A DNA stretch of 60,607 bases, filler included. It is 6 parts of 6 records of this genome, joined end to end, with 100 filler letters (N's around TTAATTAATTAA, not from the genome) between each part and the next. Parts side by side here need not be neighbours in the genome. Positions count along the whole stretch, not along the records: positions 1 to 11,366 come from DRR723986_6765; 5 more parts are not named here. One strand, given 5' to 3'. The first letter of the stretch is position 1, and every line of letters starts with the position of its first letter. The position numbers and the translations under genes are program-made. Under the pieces are notes generated by a model. The model saw nothing but the letters and a program-made list of their open reading frames with translations, searched no databases and was not told where the DNA came from. Of the stretch, positions 1 through 9,518 are shown in pieces.

Positions 1-80
1 CAGCGCTGCGCGCTTCCTCAGGATGAGGAGGTGGGGAGGAAAGCGGCCGATGGACTGGTTCAAGGAATGGGTTTTACCAC

Positions 81-1124
81 ATGGGCGTCCCGCTCATGAC
101 CTCGGGCACGGACCTCGACCTCACGGCCCTCAGTAGCTGGCTGGAAGGGGCTCTTCCCGGCTTCAAGGGCCCGCTCAAGGCCGAGAAGTTCAACCGGGGG
201 CAGTCCAACCCCACGTTCCGGCTCAGCGCAGCGTCTGGTGACTATGTCCTTCGCCGCAAACCAGCCGGCGTGCTGCTGAAATCAGCGCACGCGGTCGAGC
301 GTGAGTTCCGTGTGCAAAAGGCGCTGGCCGGGTCGGATGTGCCGGTCGCACGCATGCATGTCCTGTGCGAGGACGACAGCGTGATCGGGTCTGCGTTCTA
401 CGTCATGGATCTCGTCCGGGGCCGCAATTTCGATGAACCGCGATTGCCGGATCTGGATCCGCAAACACGGCGCGGCATTTACGACGAGCTGAACCGCGTC
501 CTGGCGGCCATCCATGGCATTGATCTGGAAGCGCGCGAGCTTGCCGACTACGGCCCCGGCGGGAATTACTACCGCCGCCAGATCGACCGCTGGACCAAGC
601 AATACCGGGCAAGTGAAACCGGCCCTATTCCCGCGATGGACGAACTCATTGCCTGGCTAGACGCCAATGTGCCCGAAGACGACGGACGGCGCACGCTGGT
701 ACATGGCGACTATCGCATCGACAACCTCTTGTTCGCGGTAGATGGGCCAGCCTGCGTTGCCGTGCTCGATTGGGAACTGTCGACCATCGGCCATCCGTTT
801 GCGGACCTGGCAGCCTTGATCATGCAGTGGCAGCACCCGCCCGGCACCGAAGGCCGGGGGCTGGCAGGCGTTCACCGGAAGCCGCTGGGCATTCCGGAAG
901 ACCAGGACTTCATCGACGCATACTGCGCCCGCATGGGGCTCACCGGCATTCCGGGTTTCGGTTTCTACCTGGCCTTCGCCTTCTTTCGCATGGGGGCGAT
1001 CCTGCAGGGCGTCAAGAAACGCGCCCTCGACGGAAATGCCTCCAATCCGGAGCTCGGTCTGAAGCTGGGCGAGAGCGTTCCGCACTACGCCGCTGGCGGC
1101 TTGAAGGCGGTCCGACAAGGCTAG
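81..1124 (+). CDS. APH/choline-kinase-like phosphotransferase (ACAD10/11 N-terminal-like)
   Basis: GQSNPTF, YVLRRKP, HAVEREF, catalytic HGDYRIDN and LDWELSTIG motifs; start may be ATG at 96. Confidence 0.88.
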   Translation: MGVPLMTSGTDLDLTALSSWLEGALPGFKGPLKAEKFNRGQSNPTFRLSAASGDYVLRRKPAGVLLKSAHAVEREFRVQKALAGSDVPVARMHVLCEDDSVIGSAFYVMDLVRGRNFDEPRLPDLDPQTRRGIYDELNRVLAAIHGIDLEARELADYGPGGNYYRRQIDRWTKQYRASETGPIPAMDELIAWLDANVPEDDGRRTLVHGDYRIDNLLFAVDGPACVAVLDWELSTIGHPFADLAALIMQWQHPPGTEGRGLAGVHRKPLGIPEDQDFIDAYCARMGLTGIPGFGFYLAFAFFRMGAILQGVKKRALDGNASNPELGLKLGESVPHYAAGGLKAVRQG

Positions 1125-1232
1125 ACTCCCTCCAGAAAGCCGCAAGTGGCTCGTCCGGGGTGACATCTTGTGTGGTGGCGTATGCTTTTCCTCATCAACA
1201 CCGCGTGCAGTGGCGCGGCTTGCCGCCCTTAG

Positions 1233-3347
1233 TCAGCCCTTCGCGTTCATCTCCGCAAAGGTTCCACCAGTTTCGGCGATCTGCCGCAGGAGAGCAGGGA
1301 CTTTCCAGTAGTAGGCGTCTTCCTTGGCATACTCTTCGATCCGGCGAACCAATTCACCCGCGCCGATGACATCTGCCGTGTGCAGCGGGCCGCCGCGGAA
1401 ACGCGGGAAGCCGTAGCCGTTGAGGAAGACGGCGTCGATGTCGATGGGGCGAAGCGCGATGCCTTCCTCCAGAACGCGCACGGCTTCGGAAATCATCGCG
1501 GTCATGAAGCGGCTGACAATTTCGTCTTCGGTGAAGCTGCGCGGTGTGACACCGGCCTTTTCCCGTTCCGCATCGATGATCGCGAGTGCTTCCGGGTTCG
1601 GCCGGGAACCCTGATCATCGTAGATGTAGAAACCCTGACCGGTCTTGCGCCCGAACCAGCCGTTCTCGCAAAGTCGGTCGGCAATTGGAATATAGCGTTC
1701 CTCGGCTGGGCGGGTGGCGGCGCGGCGCTTGTTGGCGGCCCAGCTAATGTCGAGCCCGGCAAGGTCGGCCACCTGATAGGGCCCCATGGCAAAGCCGAAG
1801 CCGCGCATGGCCGTGTCGATCTGTTCCGGCGAGGCGCCATCCATCATCATGTAATCGGCGGCCTTCTTGTAGAAGGTCATGATGCGGTTGCCGATGAAGC
1901 CATCGCAGACGCCCGAGCGCACGGCGATCTTCTTCAGTTTCCTGGCCAGTGCGAAGCCGGTCGCAACCACGTCGTCGCCGGTCTTGTCGGCAACCACCAC
2001 TTCCAGAAGCCGCATTACGTGGGCGGGCGAGAAGAAGTGAAGGCCGATGACATCCTGCGGACGGGAGGTCGTCGCGGCGATCTCGTTGATGTCGAGATAG
2101 GACGTGTTCGAGGCAAGCACGGTGCCCGCCTTGCAGACCTTGTCCAGCGTCTGGAAGATGTCGCGCTTGACGCCCATGTCTTCAAAAACGGCCTCGATGA
2201 CGAGATCTGCATCCGATAACGCGCCAAGATCCGTCGAGGTGCCGAGTTTTGCGGCCAGAATGTCGTCGCGGCCAGCTTCCGAAAGCTTGCCGCGTTTGAC
2301 CGCACCGTCAAGGTTCCTGGTGATCGTCGCGACACCGCGGTCAAGTCCGTCCTGGTCGCGTTCGGTCAAGGTTACGGGCAGGCCGGCCAGCAGGATGGCA
2401 GTTGCGATGCCCGAGCCCATGGTGCCGCCGCCGATGACACCGACAGAGTTGATCTCGCGCGCGGTCGCGGTGGCTTCGGGGATCTTGGTGACGGCGCGTT
2501 CGGAAAAGAAGGCGTGGATCAGGCCGGCCCGCTGGGGGCTTGCCATGCATTCCTCGTAGAGCCGGCGCTCTTCCTTCATGCCGTCGCGGATCGGCAGGTG
2601 GCAGGCTTCGACGGCATCGACGCATTTGTGCGGCGAGAACAGCAGCGGCTGGCTCTTGGCGAGCTTTGCCCGCATCGCCTCGATGGCGGCGGGGTCCGGT
2701 TCGGCGGTCAGATCGCCCGTCTTGCGGTTCGGCAGATCACCGGCCAGAAGATCCTTGGCGGAGGAGAGGGCAACGTCACGCGGATCGCCTTCAACGATCC
2801 GGTCGATCAGGCCGTTGGCCAGGGCCTCGTCGGCACCCATAGGTTTGCCGCTGGTAATCATGTCGAGAGCCGTCGCGATACCGGCAAGCCGGGGGGCGCG
2901 CTGGGTGCCGCCGGCGCCCGGCAGAATGCCGAGCGTCACTTCCGGCAAGCCCACCTTGGATCCCGTCAAGGCGACGCGCGCGTGGCACGACATGGCAACT
3001 TCCAGGCCGCCGCCAAGCGTGGTGCCGTGCAGGACGCAGACGATCGGCTTGGAGGCGCTTTCGATGAAGTTGCACAGTTCGGGCAGCCACGGGTCGAGCG
3101 GCGGCTTGCCGAATTCGCGAATGTCGGCACCGGCAATGAAGGTCCGTCCCTTCGCATAAAGCGCGATCACCTCAACGCCGTCGGTCTGCTGCAGGGTTTC
3201 CACTGCCTGCCACAAGCCGGAGCGGATCGCGTGGGAGGCAGCATTCACCGGCGGATTGTCGAGAGCGATGAGGCCGACAGAGCCGTTGATCTCGATCGAG
3301 ACGACGTCGTTGATACCGGTTTCGCCGGCAGGGGTTTCCGTAGGCAT
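1233..3347 (-). CDS. Bifunctional enoyl-CoA hydratase / 3-hydroxyacyl-CoA dehydrogenase
   Basis: Crotonase motifs (AGADIREF, GGGLEVA, PEVTLGILPGAGGTQR) followed by HACD motifs (GGGTMGSG, SNTS, GLHFFSP, GFIGNR). Confidence 0.93.
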   Translation of the reverse strand: MPTETPAGETGINDVVSIEINGSVGLIALDNPPVNAASHAIRSGLWQAVETLQQTDGVEVIALYAKGRTFIAGADIREFGKPPLDPWLPELCNFIESASKPIVCVLHGTTLGGGLEVAMSCHARVALTGSKVGLPEVTLGILPGAGGTQRAPRLAGIATALDMITSGKPMGADEALANGLIDRIVEGDPRDVALSSAKDLLAGDLPNRKTGDLTAEPDPAAIEAMRAKLAKSQPLLFSPHKCVDAVEACHLPIRDGMKEERRLYEECMASPQRAGLIHAFFSERAVTKIPEATATAREINSVGVIGGGTMGSGIATAILLAGLPVTLTERDQDGLDRGVATITRNLDGAVKRGKLSEAGRDDILAAKLGTSTDLGALSDADLVIEAVFEDMGVKRDIFQTLDKVCKAGTVLASNTSYLDINEIAATTSRPQDVIGLHFFSPAHVMRLLEVVVADKTGDDVVATGFALARKLKKIAVRSGVCDGFIGNRIMTFYKKAADYMMMDGASPEQIDTAMRGFGFAMGPYQVADLAGLDISWAANKRRAATRPAEERYIPIADRLCENGWFGRKTGQGFYIYDDQGSRPNPEALAIIDAEREKAGVTPRSFTEDEIVSRFMTAMISEAVRVLEEGIALRPIDIDAVFLNGYGFPRFRGGPLHTADVIGAGELVRRIEEYAKEDAYYWKVPALLRQIAETGGTFAEMNAKG

Positions 3348-3446
3348 GAATTCCTCCCAGGGCGCCAGTCGGGGCGCGAATTTTGGGCCGGATTGTCAGG
3401 TCCGGGCAGAGCTTGTCAAGGTGACCGAAGAGGGCAAGCGAAGTGT

Positions 3447-3911
3447 TCAGTCCTTCGGCGGTGCTTTCGGTGTGAAAGCACAGCGGTCAGGTTTCAGGTC
3501 GATAAGCGGGGTGCCGTCGAGGCAGTCAAGCCCGCGCACGATCAGGTTCGGACCATCGACGGAAACGAGTTTTGCCAGAACGGTGCCGATCGGGTTCGGC
3601 CGGACGGGCGAGCGCAGGGCAAAGGTACCGAAAATGTTGTCGCTATGTGCCGGGTTCTGGACGATGAGGTCCCGCCGGGCCTTGTCGAGCCAGTAAAGCA
3701 GTTCAATCTTGTCGTATTCTTCGATGCCCTTCAGTGCCGGGACCCAGGGCTCGAAAATCTCGATCCGGCACTCCGGTCCGTCCACCTTGCCCTGGCGCGG
3801 GCAATCCTTGCGGTCCTTCCACGGGGTGTGGATCCTGCCGATGAAGAAGAGCCTTGCATCGTCCGGTTCCTGGATCGGAACCGAAATTTCATGCGGGCGG
3901 ATATCGCTCAT
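3447..3911 (-). CDS. Short single-domain TsaA/TrmO (YaeB/AF0241-like) SAM-binding protein
   Basis: IGRIHTPW, CPRQG, GTFALRSPVRPNPIG, GLDCLDGTPLIDLKP; start placed at ATG 3911 because the ORF-track extension overlaps the upstream gene. Confidence 0.85.
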   Translation of the reverse strand: MSDIRPHEISVPIQEPDDARLFFIGRIHTPWKDRKDCPRQGKVDGPECRIEIFEPWVPALKGIEEYDKIELLYWLDKARRDLIVQNPAHSDNIFGTFALRSPVRPNPIGTVLAKLVSVDGPNLIVRGLDCLDGTPLIDLKPDRCAFTPKAPPKD

Positions 3912-3957
3912 CGTTGTCTTTCCTGAATATATGCCGGAACACTGAAGGCGGCGCGGG

Positions 3958-4866
3958 TCAAGCGGACAACCAGCGGACGGAGCCGTGGCCGGCCAGGTCA
4001 TAACCGCCGAGCGCCGCGGCCTTGTCCCGGAACTCTGACGTTCGTGCAAATTCGAACAGCATCTGAACAGGCGGGGTGAAAAAGGAGCGCCGGTCGATAA
4101 GCAGGTCGAAGCATTCCTCGGCCAGCGGCACGAAGGCCAGCTTGAAAGGTCTTGCCGCGGTTTCGATGCCGAGCGCGGCATCGGCTTCACCGGCGGCAAC
4201 GGCCGACGCCGCATCGTTTTCCGTGTGAGCGGTGGCAGGGCCGGTGGTCAGATCTGCTTCGCTCAGGCCGGCATCGGCAAGCAATCTGGAAAACAGGAGG
4301 GCAGTGCCGGTGCCCGGCTGGCGCATGGCAACGCGCCTGCCTTTCAGATCGGCAACGGATCGAACAGTCGGTGCAGCCTCCCGGGAAACCAGAAGGCCGC
4401 GTTTGCGGGATGCCCAGCTGATCAAGACCGCATCCTTCAGGCCCAGTTCGCTGATTGATGCGACATTCCAGCCGTTTTCTTCCGGCAGATGCAGGCCGGC
4501 AAGGGCGGCGTCTCCGGCGGCAAAGCGGTTCAGACCGTCCGCGCTGCCGTTGCACAGCATGGCCAGTCCGCAACCGGAAGCATGAACCGCCCAGTCCAGC
4601 AGGGGGTCGTGTGATCCGGCCAGAACGCCCGGGCGTTCCGGCGTCGCGGCGGCAGTCGGACCTTCGATCCAGGACCGCAGTTCGGCTGCGGGAAACAGGA
4701 GTTTGCCCGTGATTCGCCGATGCGGGATCTCGTTGGCGGCGGCAAGGTCGTAAACCTTGCGTTCCTTGACCCGCAAAAGGTCGGCCACTTCCTTCGTGGT
4801 CAGGAACTGAAGCTGCTGTGTGCCGGTGTCGTGCAAGGTGTTGCCCATGATTGATTCAAGGGACAT
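3958..4866 (-). CDS. Transcriptional regulator: excisionase-like HTH plus molybdate-binding PBP-like domain
   Basis: FLTTKEVADLLRV...VYDLA HTH; GSHDPLL, GSADGL, RQPGTGT, EECFDL motifs of the PBP_like domain; start may be 4848. Confidence 0.82.
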   Translation of the reverse strand: MSLESIMGNTLHDTGTQQLQFLTTKEVADLLRVKERKVYDLAAANEIPHRRITGKLLFPAAELRSWIEGPTAAATPERPGVLAGSHDPLLDWAVHASGCGLAMLCNGSADGLNRFAAGDAALAGLHLPEENGWNVASISELGLKDAVLISWASRKRGLLVSREAAPTVRSVADLKGRRVAMRQPGTGTALLFSRLLADAGLSEADLTTGPATAHTENDAASAVAAGEADAALGIETAARPFKLAFVPLAEECFDLLIDRRSFFTPPVQMLFEFARTSEFRDKAAALGGYDLAGHGSVRWLSA

Positions 4867-5153
4867 TATCGGAGGAACTTCCGGAGAGACAAGACTGTCC
4901 GGAAAGACTTCGCTTGGTCGGTTTGACGGATAAAGGAAACCGTACCGCCCGGGCCGGATTTTTCTGACCTGATTTTTTAAAAAGTGGAATAAATTTCCTC
5001 AAAGTTCGAAAAGAGGAAATCTTTTATTTTTATCTTTTGCCGGATACGAGAGGAATTGTCTCACCTCGCGTGACTTGCTAATGAAGCTTTAATGAAGGCA
5101 AAAATGCCTCGTTCAAAGAAGCAGCAATGGCTTCCGGGGGTAACAAAAAGAAT

Positions 5154-6089
5154 ATGGATTACTTTCTACAGCAGCTGATCAACGGCGTGACGCTAGGGTC
5201 GATCTACGGCCTGATCGCCATTGGCTACACGATGGTGTACGGCATCATCGGGATGATCAACTTCGCCCATGGTGACATCTTCATGGTCGGCGCCTTCATC
5301 GCGCTGATCTTCATCGTCGCTTTCGGCATCACGGCAGGCCTGCCAGTGGCGCTCCTCATTCTGGCGCTGATCGGTGTCCTGGTCATTTCGATGGCCCTGA
5401 CGGCGGCCTGGGGATGGACGGTCGAGCGGATCGCCTACCGCCCTCTGCGCGGCTCCTTCCGCCTGGCACCGCTGATCACCGCGATCGGCGCTTCCATCAC
5501 GCTTCAGAACTTCGTTCAGATCTCGCAGGGCGCGCGCAACAAGCCTCTGCAGCCCTTGATCTCCGGGGGCTTCACGCTGAGCGACGGCGGACCGGACGGA
5601 ACCGGCTTCATCGTGCAGCTGTCCTACACGCAGATCCTGATCATCGTGGTGACCGTCGTTCTGATGGTCGGCTTCACCTTCCTGATCAACAAGACCTCGC
5701 TGGGCCGTGCACAGCGCGCCTGCGAGCAGGATCGCAAGATGGCTTCGCTCGTCGGTGTCAACGTCGATAGGACGATCTCGCTGACCTTCGTCATGGGTGC
5801 AGGCCTTGCGTCCGTCGCAGGTCTGATGTTCCTGCTCTACTACGGCGTGATCGACTTCTACATCGGCTTCCTGGCCGGCGTGAAAGCCTTCACCGCTGCG
5901 GTTCTTGGCGGTATCGGCTCGCTGCCGGGTGCCATGCTCGGCGGGTTGTTGATCGGCCTCATCGAGACCTTCTGGTCCGGCTATTTCTCGGTCGAGTACA
6001 AGGACGTTGCCGCCTTCTCGATCCTGGCGATCGTGCTGATCTTCATGCCCGAAGGCCTGCTCGGCAAGCCGGAAGTGGAGAAGGTCTGA
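5154..6089 (+). CDS. livH: Branched-chain amino acid ABC transporter permease LivH
   Basis: QQLINGVTLGSIYGLIAIGYTMVYGIIGMINFAHG; AFTAAVLGGIGS; first gene of the operon. Confidence 0.95.
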   Translation: MDYFLQQLINGVTLGSIYGLIAIGYTMVYGIIGMINFAHGDIFMVGAFIALIFIVAFGITAGLPVALLILALIGVLVISMALTAAWGWTVERIAYRPLRGSFRLAPLITAIGASITLQNFVQISQGARNKPLQPLISGGFTLSDGGPDGTGFIVQLSYTQILIIVVTVVLMVGFTFLINKTSLGRAQRACEQDRKMASLVGVNVDRTISLTFVMGAGLASVAGLMFLLYYGVIDFYIGFLAGVKAFTAAVLGGIGSLPGAMLGGLLIGLIETFWSGYFSVEYKDVAAFSILAIVLIFMPEGLLGKPEVEKV

Positions 6090-6092
6090 TCC

Positions 6093-7427
6093 ATGTCAGC
6101 AAAATCTGAGAACCTCTTCATGGTGTCGCTCAAGGATGCGGCGGCCGGGGGTGCGATCGCGCTTGCCCTGTTCGGTGTCCTGATCGGCATGAAAGCCGAG
6201 GTCGCAAGCGGCCTTGGCGGTCAGCTCGGCATTGAATACCGCTGGGCAGCCGTTGCCATTGCAGTCGCCATCGTCTTCGGCGGGCGGCTGCTCCTCAACC
6301 TGTTCGTATGGAAGGCCGACAAGCCGGTCACCGAAACGGCGAAAGGCTTCCTGCCGAGCGCCAAGCCCCTGGCCAAACTCGGCAAGTTCGCGATGCCGGT
6401 GTTTCTGATCCTGGCTGTGGTCCTGCCGTTCCTGCTGATGTCGGCCTATGGATCGCGCGGGTCGCGCCAGTATCTCGACCTTGCCATTCTGGTGACCACC
6501 TACGTGATGCTCGGCTGGGGCCTGAACATCGTGGTCGGTCTCGCCGGCCTGCTTGATCTGGGATACGTCGCCTTCTACGCGGTCGGTGCCTATTCCTACG
6601 CGCTGCTGGCCCAGTATTTCGGCTTCTCCTTCTGGATCTGTCTGCCGCTCGCCGGCATCCTGGCCGCTTTCTGGGGTATCATCCTGGGCTTCCCGGTGCT
6701 GCGTCTCAGGGGGGACTATCTTGCCATCGTGACGCTGGCCTTCGGGGAAATCATCCGGGTGGTCCTGCTCAACTGGTATGACTTCACCGGTGGCCCGGAC
6801 GGTATCTCCGGCATTCCGCGGCCGAGCTTCTTCGGTATCGAATTCGAGCGCGGCCCGGGCGGCTTCGCCGACACCTTCGGTCTGGAATACAATTCCATTC
6901 ACCGCATCATCTTCCTCTACTATCTGATCCTGATCATGGCTCTGGTCACCAACTTCGTGACCATGCGTCTGCGCAAGCTGCCGGTCGGGCGGGCTTGGGA
7001 AGCCCTGCGCGAAGATGAAATCGCCTGCCGCTCGCTCGGCATCAACACCACCAACACCAAGCTGACCGCTTTTGCGCTTGGTGCGATGTTCGGCGGTTTC
7101 GCAGGCTCGTTCTTCGCCACCCGGCAAGGTTTCATCTCGCCGGAAAGCTTCACCTTCATCGAATCCGCGGTCATCCTGGCGATCGTCGTTCTCGGCGGTC
7201 TCGGCAGCCAGATCGGTGTCGTCATCGCCGCAGTCGTGATGATCGGTGGTTTCGAGTTCTTCCGCGGACTGGAAGAATACCGCATGCTGGTGTTCGGGCT
7301 TCTGATGGTCGTCATCATGGTCTGGAAACCGCGCGGCCTCATCTCCACCCGCATGCCGTCGATAACCCTCAGCGGCAAGAAGGCCAAGGGCATCAGTGCC
7401 GACCTCGTTCAGGAGGGCCACGGATGA
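6093..7427 (+). CDS. livM: Branched-chain amino acid ABC transporter permease LivM
   Basis: GLNIVVGLAGLLDLGYVAFYAVGAY; LRLRGDYLAIVTLAFGEI. Confidence 0.95.
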   Translation: MSAKSENLFMVSLKDAAAGGAIALALFGVLIGMKAEVASGLGGQLGIEYRWAAVAIAVAIVFGGRLLLNLFVWKADKPVTETAKGFLPSAKPLAKLGKFAMPVFLILAVVLPFLLMSAYGSRGSRQYLDLAILVTTYVMLGWGLNIVVGLAGLLDLGYVAFYAVGAYSYALLAQYFGFSFWICLPLAGILAAFWGIILGFPVLRLRGDYLAIVTLAFGEIIRVVLLNWYDFTGGPDGISGIPRPSFFGIEFERGPGGFADTFGLEYNSIHRIIFLYYLILIMALVTNFVTMRLRKLPVGRAWEALREDEIACRSLGINTTNTKLTAFALGAMFGGFAGSFFATRQGFISPESFTFIESAVILAIVVLGGLGSQIGVVIAAVVMIGGFEFFRGLEEYRMLVFGLLMVVIMVWKPRGLISTRMPSITLSGKKAKGISADLVQEGHG

Positions 7428-8269
7428 GCTCCTGGGATACAAACCCCGTCCTGACGATCGAGCATCTGACCATGCGCTTTGGCGGCCTGGTCGCCATCGA
7501 CGATCTGTCGTTCAATGTCGGGCGCGGCGACATTACCGCCCTGATCGGCCCGAACGGGGCCGGCAAGACCACCGTCTTCAACTGCGTTACCGGCTTCTAC
7601 AAGCCGACCGAAGGGCGGGTCGTGATGAACCGCACCAACGGCGAGCATTACCTGCTCGAGCGCATGGCGGATTTCCAGATCTCTGCGAAAGCCAAGGTCG
7701 CCCGTACCTTCCAGAACATCCGCCTGTTCGGCGGCATGACCCTTCTGGAGAACCTGATGGTCGCGCAGCACAATCCGCTGATGCTGGCTTCGGGTTATTC
7801 GCTTGCGGGTATCTTCGGTCTGGCAACCTTCCGCAAGGCAGAGCGTCAGGCAGTCGAAAAGGCACGTTACTGGCTGGAAAAGACAGCGCTCATCGACCGG
7901 GCGGACGCCCCGGCCGCTGACTTGCCTTACGGCGACCAGCGCCGTCTGGAAATTGCCCGGGCCATGTGCTCCGGTCCGGAGCTGCTGTGTCTGGACGAAC
8001 CGGCTGCAGGTCTGAACCCCAAGGAAAGTGGCGAACTGAACGCGCTCCTGCAGTACATCCGCAAGGAGCACGGCACCTCTATCCTTCTGATTGAACACGA
8101 CATGAGCGTTGTGATGGAAATTTCGGATCACGTCGTGGTTCTGGACTATGGCGAGAAGATCTCCGACGGCACGGCGGCCGCAGTGAAGGACGATCCGAAG
8201 GTGATCGCCGCCTATCTGGGCGTACCGGACGAGGAAGTCGACGCCGTGGAAGAGGAGGTCGGCATATGA
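7424..8269 (+). CDS. livG: Branched-chain amino acid ABC ATPase LivG
   Basis: GPNGAGKTT, LPYGDQRRLEIARA, LDEPAAG; 4-nt overlap with livM. Confidence 0.95.
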   Translation: MSSWDTNPVLTIEHLTMRFGGLVAIDDLSFNVGRGDITALIGPNGAGKTTVFNCVTGFYKPTEGRVVMNRTNGEHYLLERMADFQISAKAKVARTFQNIRLFGGMTLLENLMVAQHNPLMLASGYSLAGIFGLATFRKAERQAVEKARYWLEKTALIDRADAPAADLPYGDQRRLEIARAMCSGPELLCLDEPAAGLNPKESGELNALLQYIRKEHGTSILLIEHDMSVVMEISDHVVVLDYGEKISDGTAAAVKDDPKVIAAYLGVPDEEVDAVEEEVGI

Positions 8270-8997
8270 CAACCTCCAACCACCTCCTGGAAGTCAGGAA
8301 CGTCGAGACCCACTATGGCAAGATCATCGCGCTGCGCGGTGTCGATCTGACCGTCGACCGGGGCGAGATCGTCTCCCTGATCGGGGCCAACGGCGCCGGC
8401 AAGTCGACGCTGATGATGACCATCTGCGGTACGCCGCAGGCCAGCTCCGGCCAGGTTATCTACGACGGCGAAGACATCACCCGCATGCCCACCCACCAGA
8501 TCATGCGCAAGTCGATTGCGCAGTCTCCGGAAGGGCGACGGATCTTCCCGCGCATGAGCGTGATGGAAAATCTGATCATGGGTGCGGAAATGGCCGGCAA
8601 CCACGATCTGGAAGCCGGACTTCAGCGCGCCTTCGACCTGTTTCCGCGCCTCAAGGAGCGCCGGAACCAGCGCGGCGGCACGCTTTCGGGCGGTGAGCAG
8701 CAGATGCTGGCGATCGCCCGGGCCCTGATGTCCAACCCGCGTCTTCTGCTTCTGGACGAACCGTCTCTCGGCCTTGCGCCGCTGATCGTGAAACAGATCT
8801 TCGATGCTATCCGGGATCTCAACCAGAGCGACGGTCTCACCGTCTTCCTGGTGGAACAGAACGCCTATCATGCGCTGAAACTGGCACACCGGGCCTACGT
8901 GATGGTGAACGGTAAGATCACCATGTCGGGTTCCGGCAAGGAACTGCTCGCCCGCGAGGACGTGCAGGCAGCCTACCTCGAAGGCGGAAGACACTAG
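8266..8997 (+). CDS. livF: Branched-chain amino acid ABC ATPase LivF
   Basis: GANGAGKST, LSGGEQQM, LDEPSLGLAP. Confidence 0.95.
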   Translation: MTTSNHLLEVRNVETHYGKIIALRGVDLTVDRGEIVSLIGANGAGKSTLMMTICGTPQASSGQVIYDGEDITRMPTHQIMRKSIAQSPEGRRIFPRMSVMENLIMGAEMAGNHDLEAGLQRAFDLFPRLKERRNQRGGTLSGGEQQMLAIARALMSNPRLLLLDEPSLGLAPLIVKQIFDAIRDLNQSDGLTVFLVEQNAYHALKLAHRAYVMVNGKITMSGSGKELLAREDVQAAYLEGGRH

Positions 8998-9006
8998 GAG
9001 CGCGCT

Positions 9007-9375
9007 ATGGGTATTCTTTATCAGACCAGTTTCGGCGTGTTTCTCGTCCTGCTGTGCTGCCTTGGCGGCGGCGCGGCCTGGATGACGGGACGTGCCTGTG
9101 CCAACACCTGGCGGCCGCTTTATGTGCTGTTCTGGTTCGTGTTCCTGTTGAGCCTGGCGATCAGGTTCCTGACCTTCGCCCTGTTCGACGGAACGCTACT
9201 GTCGGTGCACTATCTGGTTGTAGACTATCTCATTCTGCTTGCAATCGGCCTGGCGGGATGGCGGTATACACGCACCAACCAGATGACGACGCAGTATGTC
9301 TGGCTTTACGAAAAGACGAGTCCCTTCAGTTGGCGGTTGAAGACCGGCCAGACGGACAAATACGCCAAGGATTGA
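9007..9375 (+). CDS. Small membrane protein embedded in the liv operon (DUF6867-like)
   Basis: Three hydrophobic segments, GRACANTWRP and QMTTQYVWLYE; GGAG RBS; lies between livF and the binding-protein gene. Confidence 0.7.
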   Translation: MGILYQTSFGVFLVLLCCLGGGAAWMTGRACANTWRPLYVLFWFVFLLSLAIRFLTFALFDGTLLSVHYLVVDYLILLAIGLAGWRYTRTNQMTTQYVWLYEKTSPFSWRLKTGQTDKYAKD

Positions 9376-9518
9376 GAATTCCGGAGGTGCGTTTTCCGCA
9401 CCGATGGGGAACCGGCTGGGAATGGACGAAAAACAACAAGAATCGTCCCTGGCCCGGCCAAAACGGAAGCACGGGCTTCCATTCCAAGTGGTCCAGATAA
9501 CTGGAACCAGGGGAGTTG

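Noticed and set aside
81-1124. Aminoglycoside resistance gene
   Set aside because: Motifs and the neighbouring beta-oxidation gene fit the metabolic ACAD10/11-like kinase group
4700-4866. Excisionase indicating a prophage or ICE
   Set aside because: The Xis-like HTH is fused to a ligand-binding domain and no integrase is nearby; it is a regulator
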